Assembly (NCBI GenBank): GCA_027345405.1
Contig: DAHWID010000001.1
Location: forward strand, 3,897-67,896
Origin: Candidatus Saccharimonadota bacterium
GTDB lineage: Bacteria > Patescibacteriota > Saccharimonadia > Saccharimonadales > UBA4665
Reading direction: 5' to 3'
DNA: 64,000 bases
Numbering within the stretch: the first letter of the stretch is position 1; each line of letters opens with the position of its first letter. The notes beneath the pieces are model-generated. The model saw only the letters and a program-made list of their open reading frames with translations, did no database searches and was not told the origin of the DNA. Both the position numbers and the translations under genes were made by a program. Shown in pieces: positions 19,003-28,517 of this stretch.

Positions 19003-19344
19003 TTAAGCTTTAGTTTCAGAGTTAGCTTCTTCGCTGCGGGCAGCCTTACGCTTGGCTTGTTTTTTGGCGGCCTGAGCTCGCCCGGATCGGGCTTTTTCTG
19101 CTGCCGCCGCCCGTGCTTTGAACTTATCGACTCGTCCTTCAATATCTAAGATTTTTTCTTCTCCGGTGTAAAAGGGGTGAGAGGCGGAGCTGACATGAAC
19201 TTTGATTAGGGGATATTCCTGCCCATCATCCCACTTCGTGGTTTCGTCGCTAACGGCGGTTGAGCGGGTTAATAAACGCCAACCGTTATTTAAATCTTCG
19301 AATACGACTAAATTGTAATTGTCCGGGTGCAAACCTTGCTTCAT
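19003..19344 (-). CDS. rpmE: 50S ribosomal protein L31 (no CxxC, type B-like) with Ala/Lys-rich C-terminal extension
   Basis: The N-terminus [10 protein letters not shown] and the motif HPFYTG match L31. At 113 aa it is longer than typical L31. Confidence 0.9.
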   Translation of the reverse strand: MKQGLHPDNYNLVVFEDLNNGWRLLTRSTAVSDETTKWDDGQEYPLIKVHVSSASHPFYTGEEKILDIEGRVDKFKARAAAAEKARSGRAQAAKKQAKRKAARSEEANSETKA

Positions 19345-19533
19345 AACAGCTGATTAATATAGCTTGTTATGATCTGTTTGGCAAGCGCTGTCTCTAAGGC
19401 AAGCAACGGCTTAACTTATTTTTGGTCCCAGTTTCGCCCTAAAATGCAGTGTTTGCAAAGCCTGCATTAAGTTAACGCTAACACTTTGTCTGTTTAAGTA
19501 GCCTGATGCGGATTCCATCTTAGCTGAAATCTA

Positions 19534-19562
19534 TTGAAAAGAGATAATCCTATCTGTATAAT
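19534..19562 (+). promoter_or_regulatory. sigma70-type promoter for rpsB-tsf-frr
   Basis: TTGAAA (19534-19539), a 17-nt spacer, then TATAAT (19557-19562). The roughly 140-nt leader contains hairpins, for example CTTAAGG..CCTTAAG. Confidence 0.6.
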
Positions 19563-19702
19563 CTGTTCAAGTCGTAACGAGACCGGTTAGAGAAAAATAG
19601 CGGTTCTCGCTTAAGGAGGTGGCTTCTACCCCTTAAGCTCAATAATGACTCTAACCAAAGTTAAGTAAGAACCAATAACTAATCAGAGAGGAAATTAGTG
19701 TA

Positions 19703-20422
19703 ATGGCGGTAGACGTAGATATTAAGCAGCTACTTGAAGCTGGGGCACATTTTGGTCACAAAACTAGTCGCTGGCATCCGAAGATGGCGCCATATATCCA
19801 CTCCAAGCGTGGAGGAATCCATATAATCGATTTGGCTAAAACCGTTGACGGACTTAATCAGGCAACTCAATTTATCAGTAATACTGCAGCTGCCGGAAAG
19901 CAGATTTTGTTGATTGGCACCAAGAGACAAGCCCAGTCGATTATTAAAGAGGCAGCGATTGCCACAAAACAGCCTTATGTGACAGAACGCTGGCTCGGTG
20001 GCATGCTGACCAACTGGAATACTATTGGCGGCCGGGTCAAACACCTCAAAGACCTTGAATCACGTATGGAATCAGGAGAATTAGCTAACCGTTACAGTAA
20101 ACTTGAGGTACAGCGCTATCAGGAAGAGATTGACGAGCTAAACCGGATCTATGGAGGCATTAAAGAACTTAACAGCCGTCCAGGAGCAATATATGTTGCG
20201 GATGCTATTATCGAATCGAATGCTGTGCGCGAAGCCAACCGACTTGGGATTCCGATTGTGGCTATTGTCGACAGCAATGCTGACCCGAGTCTAATTACGT
20301 ACCCAATTCCGGCAAACGACGACTCCATAAAGACAATCAGTTTGATCACCGATTATATTCGTCAAGCAATTGAAGAAGGTTTAACAAAGCGAGCAAAGTC
20401 AGCTCCGGCAAAGGCGGCCTAA
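19703..20422 (+). CDS. rpsB: 30S ribosomal protein S2
   Basis: 239 aa. The N-terminus LLEAGAHFGHKTSRWHPKM is typical of S2. Confidence 0.97.
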   Translation: MAVDVDIKQLLEAGAHFGHKTSRWHPKMAPYIHSKRGGIHIIDLAKTVDGLNQATQFISNTAAAGKQILLIGTKRQAQSIIKEAAIATKQPYVTERWLGGMLTNWNTIGGRVKHLKDLESRMESGELANRYSKLEVQRYQEEIDELNRIYGGIKELNSRPGAIYVADAIIESNAVREANRLGIPIVAIVDSNADPSLITYPIPANDDSIKTISLITDYIRQAIEEGLTKRAKSAPAKAA

Positions 20423-20423
20423 A

Positions 20424-21020
20424 ATGGCAGTAGATATTGATTTAATTAAAAGGTTAAAAGATCTAACTGGTGTTGGGCTAACCGATGCCAAGGCTGCGCT
20501 GGCAGCAAATAACGGTGATTTTGATAAAGCTCTTAAGGAAATGCGGGCTAAGGGTTTAACTAAGGCGGAAAAACGCTCAGAACGGGTAGCTAGTGCGGGA
20601 GTGATCGGTTCATACAACCATGACGGCCGGATAGGTGTCATAGTTGAAGTTAACTGTGAGACTGACTTTGTTGCTCGAAATGATATATTCACTACTTTGG
20701 TCAAGGAGATTGCGATGCATATCGCAGCGGCCAACCCGCGCTTTTTAAGTCGAGAGGTAGTGCCAGAAGAAGAGATTAAGTCATTAGAGGCTGAGTTCCG
20801 GGCCAAAGCAAAAAGTGAAGCTAAGCCAGAAAATATGATTGATAAAATTATAAAGGGTCAAATTGACAAGTACTTAGATGAAATTTGTTTGTTGAGCCAG
20901 CCATTCATTAAGAACCCGGATATTACGCTTGGGGACTATGTCAAGGAACACAATGCACGGCTCGGTGAAAATATTGTGGTGCGTAGGTTCGCCAGGATGG
21001 AACTTGGCGAACGGCTCTAG
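20424..21020 (+). CDS. tsf: elongation factor Ts (short form)
   Basis: 198 aa with the UBA-like N-terminus LIKRLKDLTGVGLTDAKAAL and the motif EVNCETDFVARN. Confidence 0.93.
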   Translation: MAVDIDLIKRLKDLTGVGLTDAKAALAANNGDFDKALKEMRAKGLTKAEKRSERVASAGVIGSYNHDGRIGVIVEVNCETDFVARNDIFTTLVKEIAMHIAAANPRFLSREVVPEEEIKSLEAEFRAKAKSEAKPENMIDKIIKGQIDKYLDEICLLSQPFIKNPDITLGDYVKEHNARLGENIVVRRFARMELGERL

Positions 21021-21040
21021 TTAATTTAAGATTAATTTAG

Positions 21041-21604
21041 ATGGACAGCGGCAACATCATCGCGAAAACTGAGTTGGCCTTCAAAGCAGCTCTAGGGCAT
21101 TTAAATGAAGAGTTGATGCATCTGCATAGTGGTCGGGCAAATGCCAGTATGCTTGATCAGGTGGTGGTTGAAGCTTATGGAACGAGCTTACCCTTGAAAC
21201 AAGTTGGTTCGGTTACAGTCAGCGATGCTCAAATGCTGCAAATAACTCCGTTTGATCCAAATAATCTTCAAGCCATAGCTAATGCGATTCGGAATAACCC
21301 GAGCTTGGGTCTGAATCCAAGCGATGACGGACATGTTGTTAGACTGCAAATTCCACCGTTAACTGAAGAGCGCCGACGCGAACTAGCAAAGCAGATTAAC
21401 GAAAAACTTGAGGCAGCTATCGTCAGGATGCGTGGAGGGCGACACGAGGCTTTGCATCAGCTTGAAAGTGCTAAAAAAGAGAAGCTGATTGGTGAGGATG
21501 AAGAACGGCGTTTACAAAAATCAATTGACGATAACTTCAACCGATATCGCGGCGAAATGGAAGCTGCCGCTAAAACCAAAGAGGCCGAGATCCTTAAGAT
21601 TTAA
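21041..21604 (+). CDS. frr: ribosome recycling factor
   Basis: 187 aa. It has the RRF-like pattern (RANASMLD, PPLTEERRREL). Confidence 0.95.
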   Translation: MDSGNIIAKTELAFKAALGHLNEELMHLHSGRANASMLDQVVVEAYGTSLPLKQVGSVTVSDAQMLQITPFDPNNLQAIANAIRNNPSLGLNPSDDGHVVRLQIPPLTEERRRELAKQINEKLEAAIVRMRGGRHEALHQLESAKKEKLIGEDEERRLQKSIDDNFNRYRGEMEAAAKTKEAEILKI

Positions 21605-21656
21605 CTTAAGTGCTTAAGAGTTTTTCAGTTTACTAAGGTATAATCATATTTAGTCT

Positions 21657-22997
21657 ATGTCTGTCCTCATATTAATAGTTGGGGTAATACTGTTTATTGC
21701 GCTGATCATTGTGCATGAATTCGGCCATTTTTGGGTGGCCAAGCGTAATGGCGTCGTGGCAGAAGAGTTTGGGATTTTCTTCCCGCCCCGTCTGTTTAAG
21801 CGAAAAACTAAGGGCGGATGGACATTCTCGATTAACCTGCTGCCAATTGGCGGCTTTGTTAAGTTAAAGGGTGAACACGATAGTGACGTCGAACCCGGCA
21901 GTTTTGGAGCGGCTTCTACCTGGTCTAAATCTAAAATTATGGCTGCCGGAGTATTCATGAACTTATTGGCGGCGCTTGTGTTATTTACAATCCTTGGCTG
22001 GATTGGGATGCCGCAAATCATACCGAATCAGTTTAGTGTTAGTGGCGGTAGTCATATTGTCAATCGAGAAATGCTAGTAATTGACGTCGAGAAGGATAGT
22101 CCGGCAGCAGCAGTCGGGCTCAAGCCCCAGAGTCAGATAATTGCTATTGGTACGCCGGGACATCTGACGGCCGTTAATAGTTTAAGCGGAATCCAAAATC
22201 TAACGGCGAAATTCGCTGCTAAACGGGTTGAGGTTGAATATAAGACTAACGGGAGCGTTTATTTTAGACAGACTACATTAAGGAGCACAGGCTCAGCCTA
22301 CAATGCTGCGCTCGGACTAAATCCCTCGAGCCGTATCGTGGCTGTCGGTCCGTCCGGTAAAATGGTTAACGTTACTACGGCGGCGGAACTACCGGTTTTG
22401 GCCAAACGTTTCACTAACGGTACGGTTAATATTAGCTACTTTTTATTCGGTAAGACTCAGTTACTTAAAAACGTTTATTTGCCAACCGTTCCAGCATACC
22501 TCGGAGTAGATTTGCCACCGACACCATTAATAATGAAACGCTACAGTTGGTGGGCGGCACCGGTCGAGGCGGTTGGATTAATGGTCCAAATAACTAAACT
22601 GTCGTTTGTCGGTTTGGGACATGCCGTAGCTGGGTTAGGCAAGATCATTGCCGGTGCGGTAACGGGTAACAATATTGCGCGAGAGCATGGCCAGGCCTCG
22701 GCCTCTAAGCAAGTGGCTGGTCCGATAGGCATTTTCTTTATATTGCGTGACGGTAGCCTGCTTGGTTACCAGTACATGTTGTTTATTATTGCCATAATTT
22801 CACTGACACTGGCGATTATGAACATTTTGCCGATACCGGCACTTGATGGCGGCCGGCTATGGTTAATGCTGATTAGCCGCGGGTTTAAGCGACGTCTTAG
22901 CTCTTCGGTCGAAGAAGTGGTTAATGCGGTCGGGATGTTTATTCTGCTGATTTTAATTGCGCTCGTGACACTAGTAGATGTGCATCGTTTTCTTTAA
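21657..22997 (+). CDS. RseP-type site-2 (M50) intramembrane zinc protease
   Basis: 446 aa. It has HEFGH in TM1, a PDZ-like middle region and NILPIPALDGG. Confidence 0.9.
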   Translation: MSVLILIVGVILFIALIIVHEFGHFWVAKRNGVVAEEFGIFFPPRLFKRKTKGGWTFSINLLPIGGFVKLKGEHDSDVEPGSFGAASTWSKSKIMAAGVFMNLLAALVLFTILGWIGMPQIIPNQFSVSGGSHIVNREMLVIDVEKDSPAAAVGLKPQSQIIAIGTPGHLTAVNSLSGIQNLTAKFAAKRVEVEYKTNGSVYFRQTTLRSTGSAYNAALGLNPSSRIVAVGPSGKMVNVTTAAELPVLAKRFTNGTVNISYFLFGKTQLLKNVYLPTVPAYLGVDLPPTPLIMKRYSWWAAPVEAVGLMVQITKLSFVGLGHAVAGLGKIIAGAVTGNNIAREHGQASASKQVAGPIGIFFILRDGSLLGYQYMLFIIAIISLTLAIMNILPIPALDGGRLWLMLISRGFKRRLSSSVEEVVNAVGMFILLILIALVTLVDVHRFL

Positions 22998-23009
22998 TCG
23001 ATTGTCGTT

Positions 23010-23810
23010 ATGAGTACTACTGCAACGCCAAAACCATCACTATTTCGCTCAGACGCTAAGCCGTGGGAACGCATACCAAAATATCTACTCCCGATAGTCT
23101 TGATTATTATTGTTGGCCTGATTTATTTCATCAGTCAGATTGCAGCTAGCTTAATTCTTTCGCTTTATGCTTTGCTGCGAGGTATGAGCAGCATCCAAGC
23201 TAACAACTGGCTGACGAATTCGGTGACGGCGCAGTTCTTTTATGTATTGTTATTTGAGGGTTTTACGGTTGGTTTGCTGGCGGCTTTAATGCATCGCTAT
23301 GGCAAAAGTTTGAAAACTCTCGGTCTTATTAAGGTGCGCTTAAAAGACGGTGGTTGGGCATTATTAGCCTACGCAGCCTATTTTATTACTTATCTTATAG
23401 TCATTGGCATCATCACTCATCTCGTGCCCGGCTTGAATGTTAACCAGGCGCAAAATATTGGTTTTACTAATGTGCACGGCACTTACCAGCTGGTGCTAAC
23501 ATGCATTAGCTTAGTTATTTTGCCGCCGCTTGCGGAAGAACTGCTCTTTCGAGGCTTCTTGTTTGAGGGACTAAAAAAAGCTATGCCGGCTATCTACGCC
23601 GGTCTGCTTACCAGTGTGCTATTCGCTTCAGCCCATCTTCCAGAAGGCGTTGGTGGACTGTTTTGGGTAGGAGCCATTGACATCTTCATTTTAAGTTTGG
23701 CACTAGTCTACCTTAAGCAAAAGACTAAATCTCTATGGCCGGGTATCTTTCTGCATGCTGTTTTCAACCTGGTAGCTTTTATATTGCTATTCTTGGAGTC
23801 TGGCCGTTAA
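23010..23810 (+). CDS. CPBP (CAAX) family intramembrane protease
   Basis: 266 aa and polytopic, with the motifs EELLFRG, FASAH and HAVFN. Confidence 0.85.
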   Translation: MSTTATPKPSLFRSDAKPWERIPKYLLPIVLIIIVGLIYFISQIAASLILSLYALLRGMSSIQANNWLTNSVTAQFFYVLLFEGFTVGLLAALMHRYGKSLKTLGLIKVRLKDGGWALLAYAAYFITYLIVIGIITHLVPGLNVNQAQNIGFTNVHGTYQLVLTCISLVILPPLAEELLFRGFLFEGLKKAMPAIYAGLLTSVLFASAHLPEGVGGLFWVGAIDIFILSLALVYLKQKTKSLWPGIFLHAVFNLVAFILLFLESGR

Positions 23811-23851
23811 GGTACAATTTGAGAGAGATTTAAACAAGATAAAGGTTTTTT

Positions 23852-25111
23852 ATGCGCTTAAGCCAGAATGTGACCAAAACTATCAAGACTGTTCCAAAAG
23901 AAGAGCAGGCGATCAATGCGCAGCTGCTCATACGGGCTGGTTTCGTGCATAAAGAAATGGCGGGAGCATATTCCTATCTTCCGCTTGGTCTGGCCGTAAT
24001 CGAGAATATTAAATCGATTTTGCGCGAAGAGATGAACGGTTTAGGTGCGGCCGAGGTGCTAATGAGTTCACTACAGCCGGCGCAAGTCTGGAAAGAAACC
24101 GGACGGTGGGATGATGAGGTGGTCGATGTCTGGTTTAAGAGCATGCTCAAAAACGGTACTCAAATTGGTTTTGGCTGGACACACGAAGAACCTTTTATGC
24201 AACTGATTAGCCGGCAAGTGCAGAGTTATCGTGATTTACCAGTGGCGCTTTATCAGTTCCAGACTAAATTTCGCAATGAGCTTCGGGCTAAAAGCGGTGT
24301 TATGCGCGGTCGGGAATTTATCATGAAGGATCTCTATTACTTTTGTCGGAACCAACAAGAGCTGGACGCATTTTATGCTCAAGTGCAAGCAGCCTACTTG
24401 AAGATTTTTGAACGCGTTGGTTTGGGAGAGTTCACGTATCTAACCTTTGCTTCGGGCGGGGCCTTCACGCAATTTAGCCATGAGTTTCAAACTGTTACCA
24501 AGTCTGGTGAGGATACTATTTATTTGAACAGGGAACGTCGCCTGGCAGTCAACCAGGAAATATATAGCGATGAAGTGTTAGCTCAGCTTCAACTAGATAA
24601 AACAGCACTAGAAACGGTTAAGGCGGCAGAAGTGGGTAATATCTTTAACTTTGGCGCTAGTAAAGGCGAACAAATGGGAGTGTATTTTAGTGATGAATCA
24701 GGACAGCGCCAACCGGTTTACTTAAGCAGCTATGGAATTGGCGTTAGCCGGCTGATGGGAGTGATCGCGGAACATTACCACGATGATAAGGGCTTGGTCT
24801 GGCCCGAAGCAGTGGCGCCGGCGCTAGTGTATTTATTGGCAATTGGTAGCAAAAAGTCCGTTCAAGCAGCTGATGAGTTGTATAATATATTGACAGAACG
24901 GGGGGTTGCGGTAATATATGATGACCGTGACGTTCGCCCGGGAGAGAAATTCGCTGATGCCGACTTAATGGGAATACCTTGGCGAGTTGTCGTAAGTGGG
25001 CCAAAATCAGACCACGAAACTTACGAAATTAAATCGAGAACGGATACAACTCTTAATCACTTACAACGTGATAACCTGGTCAGCCAGCTGACAGGCATAG
25101 AGAAACAATAA
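23852..25111 (+). CDS. proS: prolyl-tRNA synthetase, bacterial-type N-terminus, no INS editing domain
   Basis: 419 aa. It has class II motif 2 (FRNELRAKSGVMRGREFIMKD), motif 3 context and a C-terminal anticodon-binding domain. Only about 40 aa lie between motif 2 and the EVGNIF segment. Confidence 0.9.
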   Translation: MRLSQNVTKTIKTVPKEEQAINAQLLIRAGFVHKEMAGAYSYLPLGLAVIENIKSILREEMNGLGAAEVLMSSLQPAQVWKETGRWDDEVVDVWFKSMLKNGTQIGFGWTHEEPFMQLISRQVQSYRDLPVALYQFQTKFRNELRAKSGVMRGREFIMKDLYYFCRNQQELDAFYAQVQAAYLKIFERVGLGEFTYLTFASGGAFTQFSHEFQTVTKSGEDTIYLNRERRLAVNQEIYSDEVLAQLQLDKTALETVKAAEVGNIFNFGASKGEQMGVYFSDESGQRQPVYLSSYGIGVSRLMGVIAEHYHDDKGLVWPEAVAPALVYLLAIGSKKSVQAADELYNILTERGVAVIYDDRDVRPGEKFADADLMGIPWRVVVSGPKSDHETYEIKSRTDTTLNHLQRDNLVSQLTGIEKQ

Positions 25112-25138
25112 TTATGGGAAGCAGAAAGGAGCCTGGCC

Positions 25139-25606
25139 ATGGTAGTTAAAAAAACCTATCGTCTGACCAAAGAGGGGATAGCTGAGCTACAACAAGAACT
25201 TGACAGTTTAACTGCGGAAAGAACGGAAATTGCCGAAAGTATCCGGGCGGCGCGCGAGTTCGGAGACTTGGCCGAGAACAGTGAGTATCAGTCAGCACGA
25301 GCGGCTCAAGAACGCAATGAGTCACGAATTGCCGAAATTGAACATATTTTGCAGAATGTGGAAGAGATCAAAACACCACGCAGTTCAGCCCAAGTTCAAC
25401 TTGGTTCAAGAGTTCGTCTTAAGGGAGAGGATGGCAAGACCAAAGAATTTCAAATTGTGGGTACAGTTGAAGCCGATCCGCTTAACGGCAAGATTAGTGA
25501 CGAATCGCCCATCGGGCAGGCTTTACTGGGTAAGCACGAAAAGGATGAAGTTGAAATCCGGACATCGTTGGATAGCGCTGTTTATAAAATAATAGAAGTA
25601 GTATAG
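25139..25606 (+). CDS. greA: transcription elongation factor GreA
   Basis: 155 aa. It has an N-terminal coiled coil containing DLAENSEYQSAR and a C-terminal globular domain. Confidence 0.93.
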   Translation: MVVKKTYRLTKEGIAELQQELDSLTAERTEIAESIRAAREFGDLAENSEYQSARAAQERNESRIAEIEHILQNVEEIKTPRSSAQVQLGSRVRLKGEDGKTKEFQIVGTVEADPLNGKISDESPIGQALLGKHEKDEVEIRTSLDSAVYKIIEVV

Positions 25607-25697
25607 GTTACCCTATTTAGCGCTGTTTAGGTAAGCGGTGTTGGCATTCCTGTAGGTTATACCGGTATACTAAGAGCGGACAAGAAATATTATCCAA

Positions 25698-27209
25698 ATG
25701 GCGACTTTAGCTGAACTACGCAAAGAAAGGTTAAAGAAACTCGAGACATTACGCAGTCTCGGGATTGATCCCTATCCGGCTCATGCCGAACGCACTCATA
25801 TCCTTAAAGAAGTTGTCGATCAGTTCCCCGAGCTTGAGCATAAAAACCTAAAAGTTGTCGGACGCATTATAACAATTCGCAAATTGGGCAAGATTGCTTT
25901 TATTATTATTCGAGACCAGTCTGCTCAGTTGCAGCTTCTAATCAGCGAACAGAGCCTTGAGCCGGCCGCACCCGAACATTCACAATTAGGCTTCAAGGAA
26001 CTGTCTCTTCTAGATAGCGGCGACTTTGTTGAAGCGGAAGGTGAGGTTATTAAAAGCCAGACTGGTGAGTTGTCGGTTGCCACAACTAAACTCCGGCTTA
26101 TTGGAAAAAGCTTACGACCACTTCCACTAAGCAGGGAGGGATTTACCAATAAGGAAGAGCGTTTGCGCAGGCGCTATGTTGATATGAATGTTAACCCAGA
26201 AGTACGCGAGCGTTTCATTCGCCGCAGTCGTTTTTGGACTGCCACTAGGCAGTTTTTAAATGAACGTGGCTTCGTGGAAATAAATATTCCGGTATTAGAA
26301 CACACCACCGGTGGTGCTGATGCTAAGCCGTTTGTTACACACATGGATGCGCTAGGCGAGGACTTTTATCTTCGAATCAGTCATGAGCTTCCCTTAAAAC
26401 GCTTGCTGGGGGCTGGATTTGAAAAGGTTTACGATATTGGACCGCGCTTTCGTAATGAAAATTACAGTGATGAGCATTTACCAGAGCATGTGGCGATGGA
26501 GTGGTATTGGGCTTTTGCGGATTGGCGTGACGGTATGCGACTACAGACTGAGCTTTTTAGGTATATCGTCAAGGAGGCTTTCAACACATTAAAATTCAAA
26601 ATAAATGGTTTCGAAGTTGATTTAAGCCAAGAGTGGAAAGAGTGCGATTACGCCGAGACTATGGCGAGTCATTATGACGGTCTGGATATATTCAACTGTA
26701 GTCTCGATGACGTTAAAGCTTTGCTTAAGGCTAATAAATTGTCGGTTGAGGACAGCGACAATAAAGCTCGTGGCATTGATAAACTCTGGAAACACATCCG
26801 ATCCCAAATCGCCGGACCAATCTGGTTAATTGATGCTCCGACTTTCATTAGCCCCTTAGCCAAAGTTAATCCAGAACGTCCTCAGACAACGCAGCGTTTC
26901 CAGGCAGTTATTGCTGGCAGCGAAGTCAGTAATGGCTTTTCGGAACTGAATGACCCGATTGAGCAGTATAACCGTTTTTTGGAACAACAACAATTGCGTG
27001 CCGCCGGCGACAACGAAGCTATGATGCTGGACATTGATTTTATAGAAATGCTCGAATATGGTATGCCGCCGGCTTGTGGTTTGGGTTTCAGTGAACGTGT
27101 GTTTTGGCTGCTTGAGGGTGTGAGCGCAAGAGAGGGCGTACCGTTTCCACAATTGCGCATGGATATTGATGCTACAACTAAAAATCTATACCCAGAGGCT
27201 AATCTATAA
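25698..27209 (+). CDS. lysS: lysyl-tRNA synthetase (class II)
   Basis: 503 aa. It has an OB anticodon-binding N-domain, FRNE.. motif 2 context and GMPPACGLGFS (motif 3). Confidence 0.95.
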   Translation: MATLAELRKERLKKLETLRSLGIDPYPAHAERTHILKEVVDQFPELEHKNLKVVGRIITIRKLGKIAFIIIRDQSAQLQLLISEQSLEPAAPEHSQLGFKELSLLDSGDFVEAEGEVIKSQTGELSVATTKLRLIGKSLRPLPLSREGFTNKEERLRRRYVDMNVNPEVRERFIRRSRFWTATRQFLNERGFVEINIPVLEHTTGGADAKPFVTHMDALGEDFYLRISHELPLKRLLGAGFEKVYDIGPRFRNENYSDEHLPEHVAMEWYWAFADWRDGMRLQTELFRYIVKEAFNTLKFKINGFEVDLSQEWKECDYAETMASHYDGLDIFNCSLDDVKALLKANKLSVEDSDNKARGIDKLWKHIRSQIAGPIWLIDAPTFISPLAKVNPERPQTTQRFQAVIAGSEVSNGFSELNDPIEQYNRFLEQQQLRAAGDNEAMMLDIDFIEMLEYGMPPACGLGFSERVFWLLEGVSAREGVPFPQLRMDIDATTKNLYPEANL

Positions 27210-27214
27210 ACTTT

Positions 27215-27586
27215 ATGGTTCAGGTTGACGATACACAGTTTGCCGCATTAACCGAAGCAGCTTTAAACAGTCTACCCGGTTTGCACGCACGCAATATAAG
27301 CAATGTTGCAATTGTCTATGCCGATCAGCCAACCCAAGAACAACGGCAGCAGCTAAAGCTTAGACACGATCAGACACTATTCGGACTGTATGAGGGGGTG
27401 CCCCTGCCGCAGCGGCAGGGGCAAATACGGGTATTGCCAGATAAAATCACGCTGTTTAAATTGCCCTTGGCGGCAGCCAGTAATTCGTTGCCGGAATTGC
27501 AGGAAAATATCCGACATACGTTGTGGCATGAGATTGGTCATTATTATGGGCTTGATCATAGCCGGATTCACGAGCTTGAACGTTAG
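27215..27586 (+). CDS. small zincin-like metallopeptidase family protein
   Basis: 123 aa with HEIGH (HExxH) near the C-terminus followed by GLDH. It resembles the minimal zincin (DUF1025-like) family from memory. Confidence 0.65.
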   Translation: MVQVDDTQFAALTEAALNSLPGLHARNISNVAIVYADQPTQEQRQQLKLRHDQTLFGLYEGVPLPQRQGQIRVLPDKITLFKLPLAAASNSLPELQENIRHTLWHEIGHYYGLDHSRIHELER

Positions 27587-27851
27587 TCATAATTGGCACG
27601 TTAAAGATCGGAAAACTATTTCTTATGGATGAATATTTTATTTTTCATAAACCTAGCTCTAGCAGTCACTCGTGCTCTTTAATAACGGATTCAAAATTGG
27701 ATAATGCGTAGTACTTATGCCTGTATTTAGGTCATAATGCATGACTAGTAGGAGGAAAACCAGTACAGCCGCCAATTATGTTACGGATTAATACATATAA
27801 GTACGGCCTTGCGTAATAGTTGCCTTGCGCTTATGCTTTTAGAGATAGTTT

Positions 27852-28490
27852 ATGAGAGCAGTTATATTTGATTTTGACGGAACGATTGCCGACAGTTTCT
27901 CTATGGTTATGACTATCGCGTATGATCTGACCAAGCACGAACAATTAAAGGACATTAATCAGATAATTGAAATGCGGCGCAATAATGTTAGTTTAACGCA
28001 GGCGATTAATAGTTTGGGTGTTCCTAGGTGGAAATGGGCATGGCTGCTGCGGCAAGGCAGGCGCATGATGAGTCGAAATATCCATAAAATTCCACTGTTT
28101 GATGGAATGGGGGAGGCTTTATTTAAGCTATATAGCGAAAACTATGCACTGTATATCATTACCAGCAATAGCAAAAATAATGTTGAGCGGTTCTTGAGCG
28201 AGAAGGGAATACTAACTTATTTTAGAGGGGTTTATGGCGGTGCCGGTTTATTTAATAAACAGCGCTTAATTAAAAAAGTTCTTAAGACTAGTCGATTGGA
28301 CGCTGAATCAACTATTTATGTCGGCGATGAAGTGCGCGACGTTATGGCCGCTAAAACGTTAAACATGCCTGTTATAGCTGTTACATGGGGATATAACTCA
28401 GAACAACTGTTGCTAACCTACCAGCCGACCATAATTGTACGCAGTCCCGAGCAATTAAGCCGGGTGATAGTAGGTTGGGGCAAAGCTTAG
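27852..28490 (+). CDS. HAD-superfamily phosphatase
   Basis: 212 aa with motif I (FDFDGTIADS), motif II (ITSNS) and motif IV (GDEVRD). Confidence 0.8.
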   Translation: MRAVIFDFDGTIADSFSMVMTIAYDLTKHEQLKDINQIIEMRRNNVSLTQAINSLGVPRWKWAWLLRQGRRMMSRNIHKIPLFDGMGEALFKLYSENYALYIITSNSKNNVERFLSEKGILTYFRGVYGGAGLFNKQRLIKKVLKTSRLDAESTIYVGDEVRDVMAAKTLNMPVIAVTWGYNSEQLLLTYQPTIIVRSPEQLSRVIVGWGKA

Positions 28491-28517
28491 CTTCTCTCTG
28501 CTACAATTAGACTAGTT

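Noticed and set aside
21600-21630. Possible terminator after frr (CTTAAGTGCTTAAG followed by AGTTTTT).
   Set aside because: The stem is only a 5-bp AT-rich helix with a 4-nt loop, which is too weak to call.
25230-25592. 120-aa plus-strand ORF overlapping greA in another frame.
   Set aside because: The greA frame has clear family motifs. The alternate frame is Arg/Lys-rich with no RBS.
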